A stretch of 64,000 bases of DNA, from assembly GCA_964016885.1 (NCBI GenBank), contig OZ024746.1, forward strand, positions 85,064,001 to 85,128,000. The letters run 5' to 3'. The notes beneath the pieces were generated by a model. It made no database searches. It saw only the letters and a program-made list of their open reading frames with translations, and had not been told where the DNA came from. The stretch's first letter is position 1; each line of letters opens with the position of its first letter. Both the position numbers and the translations under genes were made by a program. The stretch comes from Eledone cirrhosa. Taxonomy: Eukaryota. This document shows, in pieces, positions 13,995 through 27,912 of the stretch.

Positions 13995-14101
13995 GGTACA
14001 GGTTGTGGTAGTAGTGGTGGAGTGTACGTGAGGTACAGGTTGTGGTAGTAGTGGTGGAGTGTACGTGGGGTACAGGTTGTGGTAGTAGTGGTGGAGTGTA
14101 C
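13995..14101. repeat. 37-bp tandem repeat, ~2.9 copies
   Basis: ggtacaggttgtggtagtagtggtggagtgtacgtg(a/g). Confidence 0.9.
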
Positions 14102-14181
14102 AACAAAGTCAACAACAATGATGACATTGTCCGGACACAAAGGCAATTTGTATCTCTCTCTCTCTCCCTCTCCCTCTCTCT

Positions 14182-14243
<62 letters not shown>

Positions 14244-14354
14244 GTATGTAGGCTTGTGTGTGTGTGTGTGTGTGTGTCTTATGGCTCACTATTTGCTTTA
14301 TATCTTTCAATTATCTCTTACTTTGACATTCTCTCTTTCTCCATCTCTCTCTCT

Positions 14355-14413
<59 letters not shown>

Positions 14414-14689
14414 TCTCTCTCTCCCTCTCTCTCACTTCTATTGCTAGAATTATACACCAACATCAACATCCCCGCCCAACAGTGTCAATGTTGTCATATG
14501 TTATCCTTGGCACTAACATCATCAACATCATCATCATCACGACCAAATCTATAAAAAAGATTTTAAAAAAAAGCTTTATGAGGTCGCTCAAACTATCACA
14601 AGAAATAGCAATGAAATAGCCTTCAAATCACCACCAACATCGTAGCACCAGCTCCTTGTATCCGAGCCAATAAAGGATCCTCTATGTCA

Positions 14690-15180
14690 TCACCCATCCT
14701 GCAAGAAATAGCAGCCGAATCTAAACATCTCAGAAAAGGATGCACATAAGAAAAAATGGGGTGATCACAGCTGGAATATTTGATCCTTGGTCAGCTTGAT
14801 CCGAGTCTACCTGGATCAAAGCAACAAGGACAACATTAACAACAATCATATTTATCACCATATTAATCCCCCAATTTACCGTTCCGTCTTTAAACAAAGT
14901 TCCTATCACCATTAATATTTCAATTGACAACGTCACTACGGCCGCCATCATTTACTAGCCAAAGATGGAGCTTATTCGTCGTGAATCAGTGTGTCAGAAA
15001 TAGCAGCTAAATCTCTCTTAAATGACTTCCATATTGCCTTGAAATTAGAGGGATGCTTTGGGTAATTTTGTCCTAAATATGCAATTGTCTGAGAGACGAT
15101 GGGATGATCATCGACAGGAATATGCTGTTAATCATAGATATGTCCCGTAGGTGCTGGCTTGGAGCTAAACAACAACAACT
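14690..15180 (+). mobile_element. Two diverged copies of dispersed repeat S2 ((AAC)n-tailed)
   Basis: agaaatagcagc(c/t)aaatct...ggctaaacaacaac; homologues at 27060-27252(-), 40293-40500(-), 42500-42760, 47945-48378. Confidence 0.65.
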
Positions 15181-15568
15181 AGTTTATTAATACAACAATT
15201 CTTCACCGCCATCATCATCATCATCATCATACTGTTCTTCTTTTAAATCTGTATACAAAGATTCCATCACCACCACTAACACTTACTCCCCTGCCGCCAC
15301 AATCATGACAACCACAGACCACATCTTGTTAATACCACAAACTACCATCAAATCCCAGACTACTAACACTCCAACTAAGCATCACCAATGTCACTACTAA
15401 CTATAAATAATCCAAACCATACCGTCTCTTTTTAAAGTTTTTTATACAATTTCACAATCCCCACCATTAAGACAACCAGTAACCCCAACAAAATGTTTTA
15501 ATGTCACTAGCAACCCCCGGCAACCATCCCACCACCACCACCACCACCACAACAACAACAACAACAAT

Positions 15569-15623
<55 letters not shown>

Positions 15624-15825
15624 GCAACAACAACAACAACAACAACAGCAACAGCAACAACACCATAGTATTTTCCTTCTCGTTTAAAAATACGCTATCA
15701 CCATCATCACACCAATTACGACCTTTGCGGACCACAAAACGCAACCACCACACACGAACTGACAGTATTTGCTAAACATCACAGATATCACCAATATGAT
15801 CACCAATACTACCATCACCACCACC

Positions 15826-15857
<32 letters not shown>

Positions 15858-16217
15858 CAGCCAACTACTAGTTAGTACTATACATCAGCCACTACCACCG
15901 AATACATACCCTCACTACTAGCATGACAACAACAATAGTCACACTACTGACCACTAACTACAATCAACGAACCGTTCCCAACCTGTCAATCTTCATACAA
16001 TGTGTTACAACGATAACAATGAGATTATAGGCCAATATGATTAGAGATTAATTGGAAAATTGCCAGCTCGCTTAAGAGCTGGTAATAACGTTATTAAACA
16101 GTATGTATGGGTTGTAGGTTGGGGGTATGTATGCATATGTATATATATATGTATATATGTATGTATGCATATGTATATATATATATATAAATATATAAAT
16201 GTGTGTGTGTGTTTATG

Positions 16218-16249
<32 letters not shown>

Positions 16250-16290
16250 TCTATGTACATGTATGCATAGATAGACAGATACAGGGTTAG

Positions 16291-16379
<89 letters not shown>

Positions 16380-16504
16380 TAGGAGGTGAGTTTTATTGTA
16401 GTACAATAAAGCAATGCAGATATCGGATAAGAAGCACTCTACAGTTTGTAGGACTGGAGTATACATAATATATAAGAACAAAAGATGGTTAAAGGAGTTC
16501 CATG

Positions 16505-16575
16505 TATTTTATTATGCGCATTTCAAAAACAAATATCATCATGCAATAATATTTGTGTTTTCATCAGATAAAACA
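16505..16575 (-). ncRNA. Type I hammerhead ribozyme (minus arm)
   Basis: Reverse complement of 16691-16761; tcatcag at 16561-16567. Confidence 0.8.
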
Positions 16576-16690
16576 GGACATGATATGAAGGCTAAAAAAC
16601 ACTTGTGGATAGTTCAGTTTTAAATCAACATATGTTGATTTAAAACTGAACTATCCACAAGTGTTTTTTAGCCTTCATATCATGTCCTCC

Positions 16691-16761
16691 TGTTTTATCT
16701 GATGAAAACACAAATATTATTGCATGATGATATTTGTTTTTGAAATGCGCATAATAAAATA
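16691..16761 (+). ncRNA. Type I hammerhead ribozyme (plus arm)
   Basis: Stem I tgttttat/ataaaata; CTGATGA 16699-16705; long stem II; GAAA 16742-16745; palindromic stem III ATGCGCAT; triplet ATA. Confidence 0.8.
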
Positions 16762-16791
16762 CATGGAACTCCTTTAACCATCTTTTGTTCT

Positions 16792-16862
<71 letters not shown>

Positions 16863-17006
16863 TATATGTATGTATGTGTGTGTATGTATGTATGTATGAG
16901 ACTTGGTCTGTGTTTCTACGTATGTCTCCTGTCTATTGAACATAGAGCTTCTCATTTGTCAGAAATGTGCGGTTATGTGCGTTTTGTACACGTGTATGTG
17001 TGTGTG

Positions 17007-17044
<38 letters not shown>

Positions 17045-17404
17045 CACCGATACAACTCTTGGATATATATAAAACTCAGATATTTAAATGTCTTGTCGAA
17101 GTATGTTGTAATCAAGGAATTATTACTTTAATTGTTTTTTACTCTACAACCCATTAATTTTGACGGGCAATATGCTAGTATGTATATATATATATATATG
17201 CGCGTGTGAGTGTGTGTGTGTGTGTGTGTATTTATGTGTGTGTCAGTACGTGTGCATACGTGTGTATGCGCGCGCGAGCGTGTGTGCGTATTATAAGCTT
17301 CTTTCGAATAATATTACAAATGCAAATAGTAAAACAAATAATTTCTCATATTGCAAAAAGAGGCTAATACAAAAGTAAACGAATTCGAGATACATGATTG
17401 AACA

Positions 17405-17670
17405 GAATATTTAGCAGTACACATATATTTTGCTCTCCTTCAAGATAGAATGAAACTTCTTACTTCTCTCTTGTTTTTCAACGAGTTTCAGCATACAGTC
17501 GTTTGTTGTTTCAAGGTATTTGGCCAGTCTAATAGTGCTGGTCTTGTAGATAAGTTCAAATTTGATCAAACCAAGGCCTCCTTGAGTTCTAGGAACGTAA
17601 AGACGATCCACATCTGTCTTCGATCCACATCTGTCTTCGGGTGGTGCATCCTATTAGAAGTCAGAACTTA
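17405..17670 (-). pseudogene. Decayed R4/Dong-like non-LTR retrotransposon RT C-terminal fragment
   Basis: LTSNRMHHPKTDVDRLYVPRTQGGLGL after removing a 17-bp duplication (17604-17637); fits the HP..D..RLY.PR..GG.GL motif. Confidence 0.8.
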
Positions 17671-18038
17671 TGTTCAAAGACCATAAAAATGGTATTTTAA
17701 GTAAACATATTTCAATCTTGATTATATAAAATGAAATACTCAAATAACTAATTTGTCTTCATGGAAAATTAGTGCCACTGTAATTAATTAATTAAACAAT
17801 AAAAATAATTGCAAATTTATTATTTGACAACATGTAATTTTATATATCGATTTCTAAGCCCGTCTCATATTATTGATTTTTAGAATAATGCTATAATGTA
17901 TACCAAGCAGTCTTTATCATCTTTTTAGGAGAGAATTTTGGTCAAACGGGGAAAAAGTGTTTGATGTGTATTATGAGGTGGCATGATAAATTTGATGTGT
18001 GAGAGATAGCTGACTTGCATAGCTTAGTCTCACTCACA

Positions 18039-18076
<38 letters not shown>

Positions 18077-18169
18077 ATCAGTGAATAGAGTTTGCAGCTC
18101 CTTAGCATCCGACGAGATTACGTTTCGTAGGTCATTTTTCTGGTGTTTTAATGATAAGAGACCTTGTAT

Positions 18170-18285
18170 CGTGAAAAGCAACAGGAAATGAGACATTTTT
18201 CGTAAGAAATCAACACGCAACCCAGGCTAGAAACCAAACGCACGACCTTACGTTCGTGAATCCAGCACTACAACTACCAGGCCAT
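18170..18285 (-). mobile_element. Degenerate tRNA-derived SINE head
   Basis: Minus strand tggcctggtagttgtagtgctggattcacga...; A-box-like start. Confidence 0.4.
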
Positions 18286-18421
18286 ATATATTTCCGTTTA
18301 TTATTTATTTCCCTGAGATATTGATCTCAGGAGCATTTAAATTATCATTTTTATAGACCTCTCTCAATTATCAATTGCCTCCATTAGACGAATTAAGATG
18401 TACTTTGTGAGGATCGTATAT

Positions 18422-18546
<125 letters not shown>

Positions 18547-18713
18547 TATACATACAAACAATCACAAACACACACACACACACACACACACACGCGCATA
18601 TATATATATATATAATTAAATCTGTGTACACTTATTTACTGTATATATACATAAATATTCGCATTCCATATATACATACATATATCTATATAAAAACGTT
18701 TATACATAATATA

Positions 18714-18776
<63 letters not shown>

Positions 18777-19005
18777 GAATAATCGAGTATCGAAAAATCG
18801 GCGCACGAGTTCACGATAAACAAAATTCGAGATGAGAGGCAGAGGGCTCCATAATTCAAATAAATCAGAGCTATAACTATCGTTAAAATACCGTCACACG
18901 TAGAATATGTCTACAATCAACCAAACGACCGAAAAATTGCGATATGGAAGATTCGGGACACTCAGATAAATTATCAATAAATCAAATATATATATATATA
19001 TATAT

Positions 19006-19268
19006 ATTTCGTTTTTGAATTTGTTTAGCAAGATTCCTTATCTGAAAACGTGTGGTGAAACCGATATTGTTATACTTTGAATCCACAGTCACTGAAGAAG
19101 TCACAGAATGTGTGACGAAAGAACTTTTAAAATATGTGAACAACCATCCGGTTATAGAACCAACCAACCAACCGGAAATTTATAATAAATTGAAATGAAA
19201 ACAACTGGTGTGTATGTTTCTTATTGGTTTCTTATTGGCAACATGACCCTCCCAAAGCATAACAATAT
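19006..19268. mobile_element. Family B copy with 5' inversion; HHR-like motif 19088-19126 (+)
   Basis: 3' tail on minus (19006-19079), 5' part on plus ending at aacaatat|(AT)n; CTGAAGA-a-gtcaca/tgtgac-GAAA. Confidence 0.8.
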
Positions 19269-19554
19269 ATATATATATATATATAATCAGCCATAGATAC
19301 GCACATACATACATTCACACACATATAAATACATATATACTTACAGTTATATACATGTGTGTTTATGACATTTTGTAAAGCAATAATTTAATAATAATTG
19401 CTTCAGTAACAAGCGACATTGACACGATAATTTGGTAAATATGTTCCCACCAAATACCAGCTTAATGTTCTAATTTAGCTACCGTATATACATCTGATAG
19501 TCCTATATTTTTGTTCTTAAAACACTATTTCATTTTTGTAGATATGTACCCTTA

Positions 19555-19672
<118 letters not shown>

Positions 19673-19710
19673 CATATCGCTATATAGCTTTCTTTTCTTA
19701 TTCTTTGTTC

Positions 19711-19751
<41 letters not shown>

Positions 19752-20084
19752 TGCATATATTCAAGCACATACACACACACACAAATACACACGCACATAA
19801 ATACACACACACGTTTTAATGTCAACGCTTGTTGTAAGAGCTAAACCCTTTTACTCGCATTGTCAGCGAAATATTCCAGTAGAAAGAGAAATTCTAATTT
19901 TGTGGTTTGTTTTTATTGATAAATATATGTTCTTACATATTGACTATATATCAAAATTGTTTATAGACATTTCATAAGCGTTCTTCAGATAGCATTTCAA
20001 AATGAAGGCTTATTTCCTAATACAAAATCTTTTACAATCTAGGTGATGACATTTTCCGTTAGCCTTAATTTGTCTTACAGGCTT

Positions 20085-20735
20085 CCCTGGGATCATTGGG
20101 CTTTCAACAAACTTCTTTAATTCGACATGTAGCATTTTTTTGTTTTGTTAGTTTTTGTGGTAGCATTTCGATACGATACTTACAGAGGGTTGAGGAGGGT
20201 AATACATATTTGGCGCAGCATTGGAGACAGCTGAGCAAAGGAAGTCTTCCTTGCGTATGTTGGCAACCAAGTTACGATTTCTTTTGAGGACGATGCATGC
20301 TATGTTTTTGTCACCGCTCAATATTAGACGGTCAGGCAGGAATAACACAGTTGATTAACGTCAATGAAGAAGTTATGTACTTTATCCCTAGCAAAGTATA
20401 CCAAGCAGAAGCGTAAACACAAACATACGGTGTTATTAACTGGAAGGTAGATGCGAATTTGAAGGAATTGCTCGTATTCCCAAGCCATATTACAATATTG
20501 AAGCAGTATTCTAGCTTACAGCAAAAAAGTATTTATCGTTGGACTGGAAAGCAATATCGTGTGATTGCATAAAAGCAATATCATGTGATTGCATAATAGA
20601 AATTACCTACAATTTAAAGGACTTTGAGAGTCATGTAAAGTACAAGGATAGTACTGTTCAGTGCATCTTGATGTGGTGGGATGTCGTCAGTTTGAAGCTA
20701 GATTGATGAAGTAACACCTAGCTTGTATTGAACTT
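20085..20735 (+). pseudogene. Decayed RLE-type (Hero/R2-group) LINE C-terminal region
   Basis: NWKVDANLKELLVFPSHI (20438-) and ESCKVQG*YCSVHLDVVGCRQF resemble the W...DL...L.FP..I and VEVGCRGF motifs; stops and frameshifts. Confidence 0.55.
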
Positions 20736-20949
20736 CGGACTGATATCATAGCAGTAATTCACAAACTACAAAGGGAAATAGAGAGCACTTTATCATAGAT
20801 ATGGCATGTGAGATAAAAGTAAGACTGAGAGCGAAGAGCAATTGCTCATCAAACATATGTATAATATAATATAATATAATATAATATAATATATATATAT
20901 ATATAATAAAGATCTTATTTTGAATCAGGATGCGGATCATACAGAAATG

Positions 20950-21017
20950 AATGGACAATTACATATTTAACAGTATGGACAATTACATATTTAACAGTAT
21001 GGACAATTACATATTTA
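20950..21017. repeat. 24-bp tandem repeat, ~2.8 copies
   Basis: atggacaattacatatttaacagt. Confidence 0.9.
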
Positions 21018-21399
21018 TTGACTGAAAGTTTGAATCTGTTGCTAGCATTTCATTATTTTGAAAATATTTGAGATTAATAAATTTTCTAAGGTCTCACTCT
21101 TTCCTCTATAACTCTTATTATGCTTCAAGCAAACAACAACATCTTGTTTTATTTTGTTTTGTTTTCTGAACAAAACACTTAAATATGAATTCCACAAGTT
21201 CAGCAAGCAGTCAGAATATATGATTAAATACAAGATCACCTGAAAATATAACACTTGATTGACTGGATTTTATGGTGGAATAACGATTTATCTTTTAATC
21301 ACTCTATCCTATAAAACCCCAATATTTCAAAGATCTTTTTAAATGTCTTCTTAGTCAATGCAATCGTAGATCGCCACTCTTTTTAGCGCTTATTGTGTG

Positions 21400-21478
<79 letters not shown>

Positions 21479-21479
21479 G

Positions 21480-21960
21480 CAGTAATCTTATGTGAGTCTA
21501 GGTCATGAGTTTTATAGAGTGTCAACAGTTGATCAGAGCCAAAGAACTTCTAGGGAAAGCTTAAGTTTTAGCGGTGTAGTTTTTGCCGTGAGATTGCCCT
21601 CATAGATCACTAGAGATTCCGAAGGCCTGCGATGTACAGTGACTTTGATAACTTTCATTGTTTACTTATCGTCTGTACTAGAAATATGGTACAAAAAGGT
21701 TTTTCTTGAAATATATACAGTGATTATGTCCTGGTGCTGTTAAATAAGACAATATCAGAACTCACATGGAAAGGTGCTTACAATGTCTCTTTTCTTAGAA
21801 AATATTCTATGAGGATAACGGCTAGGTATAGAATTTTAAGCATGGTAACATCATCAAAATAGAATTGCCTTTATGATTAAGTGTGGCAGCGAAATGAGTC
21901 ATTAATATACAGAAGGAAAGGCAAGAGAGAGGTAAAGGGTTGACAACAGGGGGGTCAGAA
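21480..21960 (-). pseudogene. Decayed CR1/Jockey-group LINE reverse transcriptase
   Basis: FLLYIND...YFDDVT (YADD box), IVLFNSTRT and KFFGSDQLLTLYK in the expected order. Confidence 0.75.
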
Positions 21961-22775
21961 CCCACAAATTGGCCATTGACGTGTTTTCTGTGGACCTCGG
22001 GTCTTTTCAGTTTTTCATATGTAAACTACGATATAATACACGTCATCCAGAGGTAAAACAAATCAGGAAATCAAAGGTAACCTATGACAAAAAGAAGCTG
22101 CTGATTTCTGACCCACTGTGTTCTTCCAGAAGCGTTCAATTAGGTGTGATTTAAGGCATATATGGCAACTATTTCTAGCAGGCCAAGTAACCACGTTGAG
22201 GCTTCCCCGTGTTCTTCCAGTAGCGTTTAATTAGGTGTGATTTAAATTATGTATGGCTACTAATTCTACAGTCATGCGGTGATTATAGGCTTTCTACTCA
22301 TGACCATGTCGTCATTCTTTCAGACATATCGATTATCCAAGGTGCCCTTTCTTTTCATGACGGTAAGAATGTGATGGGGGGGGGCAGTTATTTGACAACT
22401 ATTTCTAGCATATCGAGATGATCCCGTAGAGCCTACCACGTTTGCACCAATAAATCTATGACTGTTTCGCGTGGATGTCATGGAAGTGGAGAAAATTTAT
22501 GTATTTAATTAGTTTTATAATTGGCTTAGTTTAGATAATTAATATTTAGTTATTTATTTCAATTTGTGTTTAATTAATAATGTTATTGGTAGCTCGTAGA
22601 TTCGTGTGTGTATGCGTGTTTATTTGTGTGTGCGTGTGAATAGGTTATGTACAAATTGATATAATACACGTGTTCTTTTTTTGTAAGCGCCGGAAAATTA
22701 CATATATATATATATATACGTGTGTGTGTATGTATGTATATATATACATAATATATATATATATATGTAAATGGC

Positions 22776-22810
<35 letters not shown>

Positions 22811-22811
22811 T

Positions 22812-22956
22812 TCCAGCATAGTTACGTCTCTTTACGGTCTGAGTTCAAATCCCGCCGAGGTTGACTTTGCCTTTCATCTTTACGGGGTCGATAAAATAAA
22901 GTACCAGTAATGCACTGGGTAATTGCTGGCCTTGTGCCTAAAGTAGAAACAATTAT
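22812..22956 (+). mobile_element. 5'-truncated SINE S1
   Basis: B box, core and tail. Confidence 0.9.
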
Positions 22957-22995
22957 ATCGTTTGCTGTGTTGTTTTCCGTTTACATTGCACACAC

Positions 22996-23142
<147 letters not shown>

Positions 23143-23189
23143 ACATACTGTGTCACCCACTGTATCACATACTGTGTCACACCGTGTCT

Positions 23190-23295
23190 CCCTAAAGATT
23201 ACGTTAAAGGTGCACATATTTCTGAAATCTACAGGCACCTCCATGCTAATTTCATGTGCAGACTGTTCTCTTGATAGAACAAGTGGAACATACAT
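23190..23295 (+). pseudogene. Possible mariner transposase N-terminal remnant
   Basis: VKGAHISEIYRHLHA resembles the SEIHRRL helix; weak. Confidence 0.3.
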
Positions 23296-23832
23296 CGTCA
23301 AAACCGACGGAGGTTCATTCCAATTCCAAATGCAGTGTGTGATTTGATAGAGATTTAGCTGCTACTCCTAGTGAATTGAATGACCACGTAAAGGCTTCCT
23401 TGTTGACTCTTTTAACACGGAAAATGAATAGAAATGAAGATGGGTACATTAGTAATATGATAACACAGATTAGCCCAGGGTAGAATAGGGTAGAGACGGT
23501 CGGGTAGTGTATGTAGGTGATTGTATGCATGGGTAATGTAGTGGTAACATGATGTTACGAGGTTTGTGGAGCGCCACGTAGTGTGAATGTGCTGATGTAG
23601 CTCTGTCCCCTTAAATAGGTCTCTAGGGACTGTTATTTCAATCAATCATCTCTTTACAATATTATTAGCACCCCCTATCAGCGTTTATGACACATACACG
23701 AAACACCCTCCTATATCAATCCGTCTATATGTGTATGTATGTATGTATGTATGTATGTATGTATGTATGTATGTATGTAGGTATGTAGGTATATAGCTAG
23801 CTATGTGTGGGTGTGTATATATATATATATAA

Positions 23833-23872
<40 letters not shown>

Positions 23873-24250
23873 CAGAATGGATGCAATAAAAACCAGTTAG
23901 ACCATTACTCACCAGAGTACGCGATACTTGGCGTAGCAGAGTGCGTAACATGAAAAATTCGGGACCTCGACGGCTGAGCTCCTGCTGTTTCAACAATGTA
24001 TGTAACAATGCATGTAACGGCATGTATGAATGTATGTAAAGAACAATGAGCAATCGCAACACATTTCCATTCAGTACATGTAAAAGATTAGATATGACTG
24101 TATAAGGCGAGAACTCTACAACTTCATATAATAGAGTTCCACTCTAAATATCGTAAACACCTACTATCAGAATATAAACCAAAATTTACACAAAGAAACA
24201 ACATATACGAAACCAATTATAATAACTGCCGTGCTTGAATTGTTGAGGTA

Positions 24251-24522
24251 TTTTAAAAGAAGAGGCTATGTAGCCGGTATGAGTTGCGGCCCGAGTTAAG
24301 ACAATTGTTAATCTTTTCCACCATCAATAGTTAAAAAACAAGTTAAAATCATTTAGTCGTCCATTCGTAACATCTGTTATGCTTTAGTTACATACACACA
24401 CATCTACACGTAAATACATAAACAGATACAGAAAACAGAAGGAAGGGGCTGGTGAAACGGTATAGCGATGTGCGTTGCGTCCCTTTAGGGTTTACCGGCT
24501 ACATAGCCTATTCGAATTTTAA
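24251..24522. mobile_element. MITE-like element
   Basis: Perfect 17-bp inverted repeat aggctatgtagccggta at 24263-24279 and 24493-24509, imperfectly extendable. Confidence 0.5.
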
Positions 24523-24766
24523 AGCAGCCGTCCACGATTTCCTACTAGTCCCATGGCACTGTACGACTATTGCTAAGCATGTGACCAATATGTCACTACT
24601 ATAACCATTCTGATCCTGAAGCTGTCCTGATCTTGAAGCTTCGAAAACGTTAATTCAGATATGGTTTTAGGAACGTTATTGTTCAGAACAAAGCATAACA
24701 ACCTAAAAAGGTAATACGAACATTCCTTAATAAAAATCAGGGTGTGAAAATCTTGATAACCCCCCC

Positions 24767-24809
<43 letters not shown>

Positions 24810-24839
24810 ACACACTTAATTCAGAAATGCTTCCACCGC

Positions 24840-24878
<39 letters not shown>

Positions 24879-24948
24879 TCAATTTAGTTGTAGTGTTTAG
24901 TTTAGCTCTTTGCACTCTGAAATGGTCAGAAAATGCAATTTCAGTCCT

Positions 24949-25013
<65 letters not shown>

Positions 25014-25067
25014 AACAGACAGACCAGGCAGGCAGGCAGATAGACTGAGATTCTGATGAGAGGTGCA

Positions 25068-25144
25068 GCAGTAACATCGAAGTTTCAGCTATTGCTTTAT
25101 TTGGCTACCAGATGATGCAATAGCGGAAACTTCGATGTCACTAC
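25068..25144. repeat. 77-nt hairpin containing an HHR-like motif
   Basis: gcagtaacatcgaagtttcagctattgc pairs with gcaatagcggaaacttcgatgtcactac. Confidence 0.8.
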
Positions 25145-25433
25145 CACATTTCGCTACGCAAATTATATTTTACACTCTGCTAAAAGATAGTCCTTGAACA
25201 AGGCTTGAAGGAAGTTATCTTCAGTCCTGGACCCTGCAGCTGCCCACTGCTGTTATTGTTGTTGTTGCTGGGTAACTCCTGTCAGCTTTACCCGAGCAGA
25301 CCTTTATATGGAAGTTTGGTAATATTGGTGCAACAGATATACTAGTGTCTGAGTTGACGATCACCATTCTGCTCTAGCATGGTCCCATACATTGTGTGAG
25401 TTATATATATTATACACACACATATATATATAT

Positions 25434-25526
<93 letters not shown>

Positions 25527-25675
25527 TGTGTGTGTGTGTCGAGTTATGTGTTAGAAGCTATTCTCAATTTACAAATATTGAGGCACGAGAACATATGACT
25601 GATTTTCACGAATCATTTTAGTTATATTTAATAAATCAATGATCTCTTTCTCTCTCTCTCTCTCTCACTCACACT

Positions 25676-25750
<75 letters not shown>

Positions 25751-25816
25751 ATATATGTATATATATATATATATATATATCGTAAGAGAGAGAGAGAGAG
25801 ATATGGAGAGAGAGGG

Positions 25817-25913
<97 letters not shown>

Positions 25914-25996
25914 GAGAGAGAGAGAGAGAGAGAGACAGAGAGAGAGAGAGAAAGAGAGAGAGAGATTAATAGATGTAAATACAGACGCATATACAG

Positions 25997-26070
<74 letters not shown>

Positions 26071-27284
26071 GGTGTGCATGCGTGTTGTGCTGTGTAAAAG
26101 AGATGAGTAAGAGTGTAATTGATGAGGAACAGAGAAGGGACTTTGACAGAGATAGAGAAGAGTAGTTTTAGAGATAGAGTAAGATGGATGATGTCTGAAA
26201 AGAGAGGGGAGATAAATCGTATATGTGTCATACATGCATGTACGTGATTACATACAGACATACGTACATATATGCACGTATGTACACTAACCATAACGCT
26301 ATTCGACCGAGCACTGTTATTCACAACACTAAATAGGCTTTTGTAGTTATTTTGCTAATTGGATAAACATTGCTCTCGGCACACAGCAGTGGTCTCGGGG
26401 GACTATTCGTGATGGTGGTGGAGTTGTAGTTGTCGTCGTCGTCGTCGTCGTCGCCATCATCGTCGTAAGTGTCGTGATTGTCTTGGTGGCCATAATTGTA
26501 ATAGTGGCTTTAGAGATGGTTGGTGGCTGTGTTAGTTGTGTTGGTGGTAGTGGTGGTGGTGGTTTTAGAGTTGATGAAGGCTGCGGTATTTGTGATAAGG
26601 TTATTGCTGATGGTTCTGATAGAGACAGGTGGCTATGGTTAACCCGAGGTTGTGGATAAAGTTATTGAGGTGGAGATAGTCGTAGTAGGGGTAGCTAATG
26701 GGTATGCTGTTTGGAGATGATGGCAATTGAAGTCATAATATTAGTGATCGTTGTGGGTGATGGTGGTGTTGGTGGTTGGTGGTTGGTGGTTGGTGGTTGG
26801 ATTATGATGGTGTTGATAGCAGTTGTAGATGGTCCTGGTATTGGGTAGAGGACATAGGTAGTAGAGTTAATAGTGATATTAGAGGTAGATAAAGTGGCTG
26901 GGGCGATGATGATGCTGGTGGCGGTGCTGGGGAACTTGGTGATGGTGGATGAATGGTTATTGTGGTAATAACATCATTAGTGGTGCTGGGTAATGGATGT
27001 GACGGTACAAGTGGGCTGGTTATGTTGGCTATTGTGGATAATAGACGTGGTAGTGATCAGGTTGTTGTTGTTATTTAGCACCAGTTCAGCTTTGATCTAA
27101 CAAGCCTAGGGTTAAAATGTTCCCATCGTGACCACTGTTGTCTGTGTATAGGAAAGCCATCACTATATTATCCTACCTGGCTTTTTTAAGACGGTGAGTA
27201 TAATTTGAGAAACATTTCACTACTATTTCTAGCAGGTCGAGTACCCTCGTTGATTTGATTGTCCTTGTGAATGTCGTTGTTCTT

Positions 27285-27912
27285 TTTAGTGGTGGTGGTG
27301 GTGGTGGTGGTAGTGTTGGTGATTGTGGTGGTGGTGGTGGTGGTGGTGGTGATAGGTGTGGGGAGCGTGGTGGTGGTGGTGGTGGTGGTGGTGGTGGTGG
27401 TTGTGTTGGTGATTGTGGTGGTGGTGGTGGTGGTGGTGGTGGTGGTGGTGGTGGTGGTGGTGGTGGTAGTTGTGGTGCTGTTAGTGGTGGTGATTGTGGT
27501 GTTGTGGTGGTGGTAGAGGTGGTGGTGGTGGTAGTGGTGGTGGTGGTGCTGTTAGTGGTGGTGATTGTGGTGTTGGGGTAGTGGTGGAAGTGGTGGTGGT
27601 GGTGGTGGTAGTGGTGGTGGTGTTAGTGGTGGTGATTGTGGTGTTGGGGTGGTGGTAGAGGTGGTGGTGATGGTAGTGGTGGTGGTAGTGGTGGTGCTGG
27701 TGGTGGTGGTGGTGGTGGTGGTGGTGGTAGTGGTGGTAGTGGTGGTGGTGGTGGTGGCGGTGGTGGTGGCGGTGGTGGTGGTGGTGGTGGTGGCGGTGGT
27801 GGTGGTGGTGGTGGTGGTGGTGGTGGTGGCGGTGGTGGTGGTGGTGGTGGTGATTGTGGTGGTGCTAATGGTAGTGGTGGTGGTGGTACGCGGGTGGTGG
27901 CGGTGGCAGTAG
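27285..27912. repeat. (GGT)n-rich low-complexity array
   Basis: Direct reading. Confidence 0.97.

Larger units (their letters stand above)
16375..16800 (-). mobile_element. TA-flanked HHR element with ~335-bp loopless palindrome
   Basis: Arms 16466-16631 and 16632-16800 differ only by a 3-nt indel; unique 3' tail 16375-16465. Confidence 0.88.
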
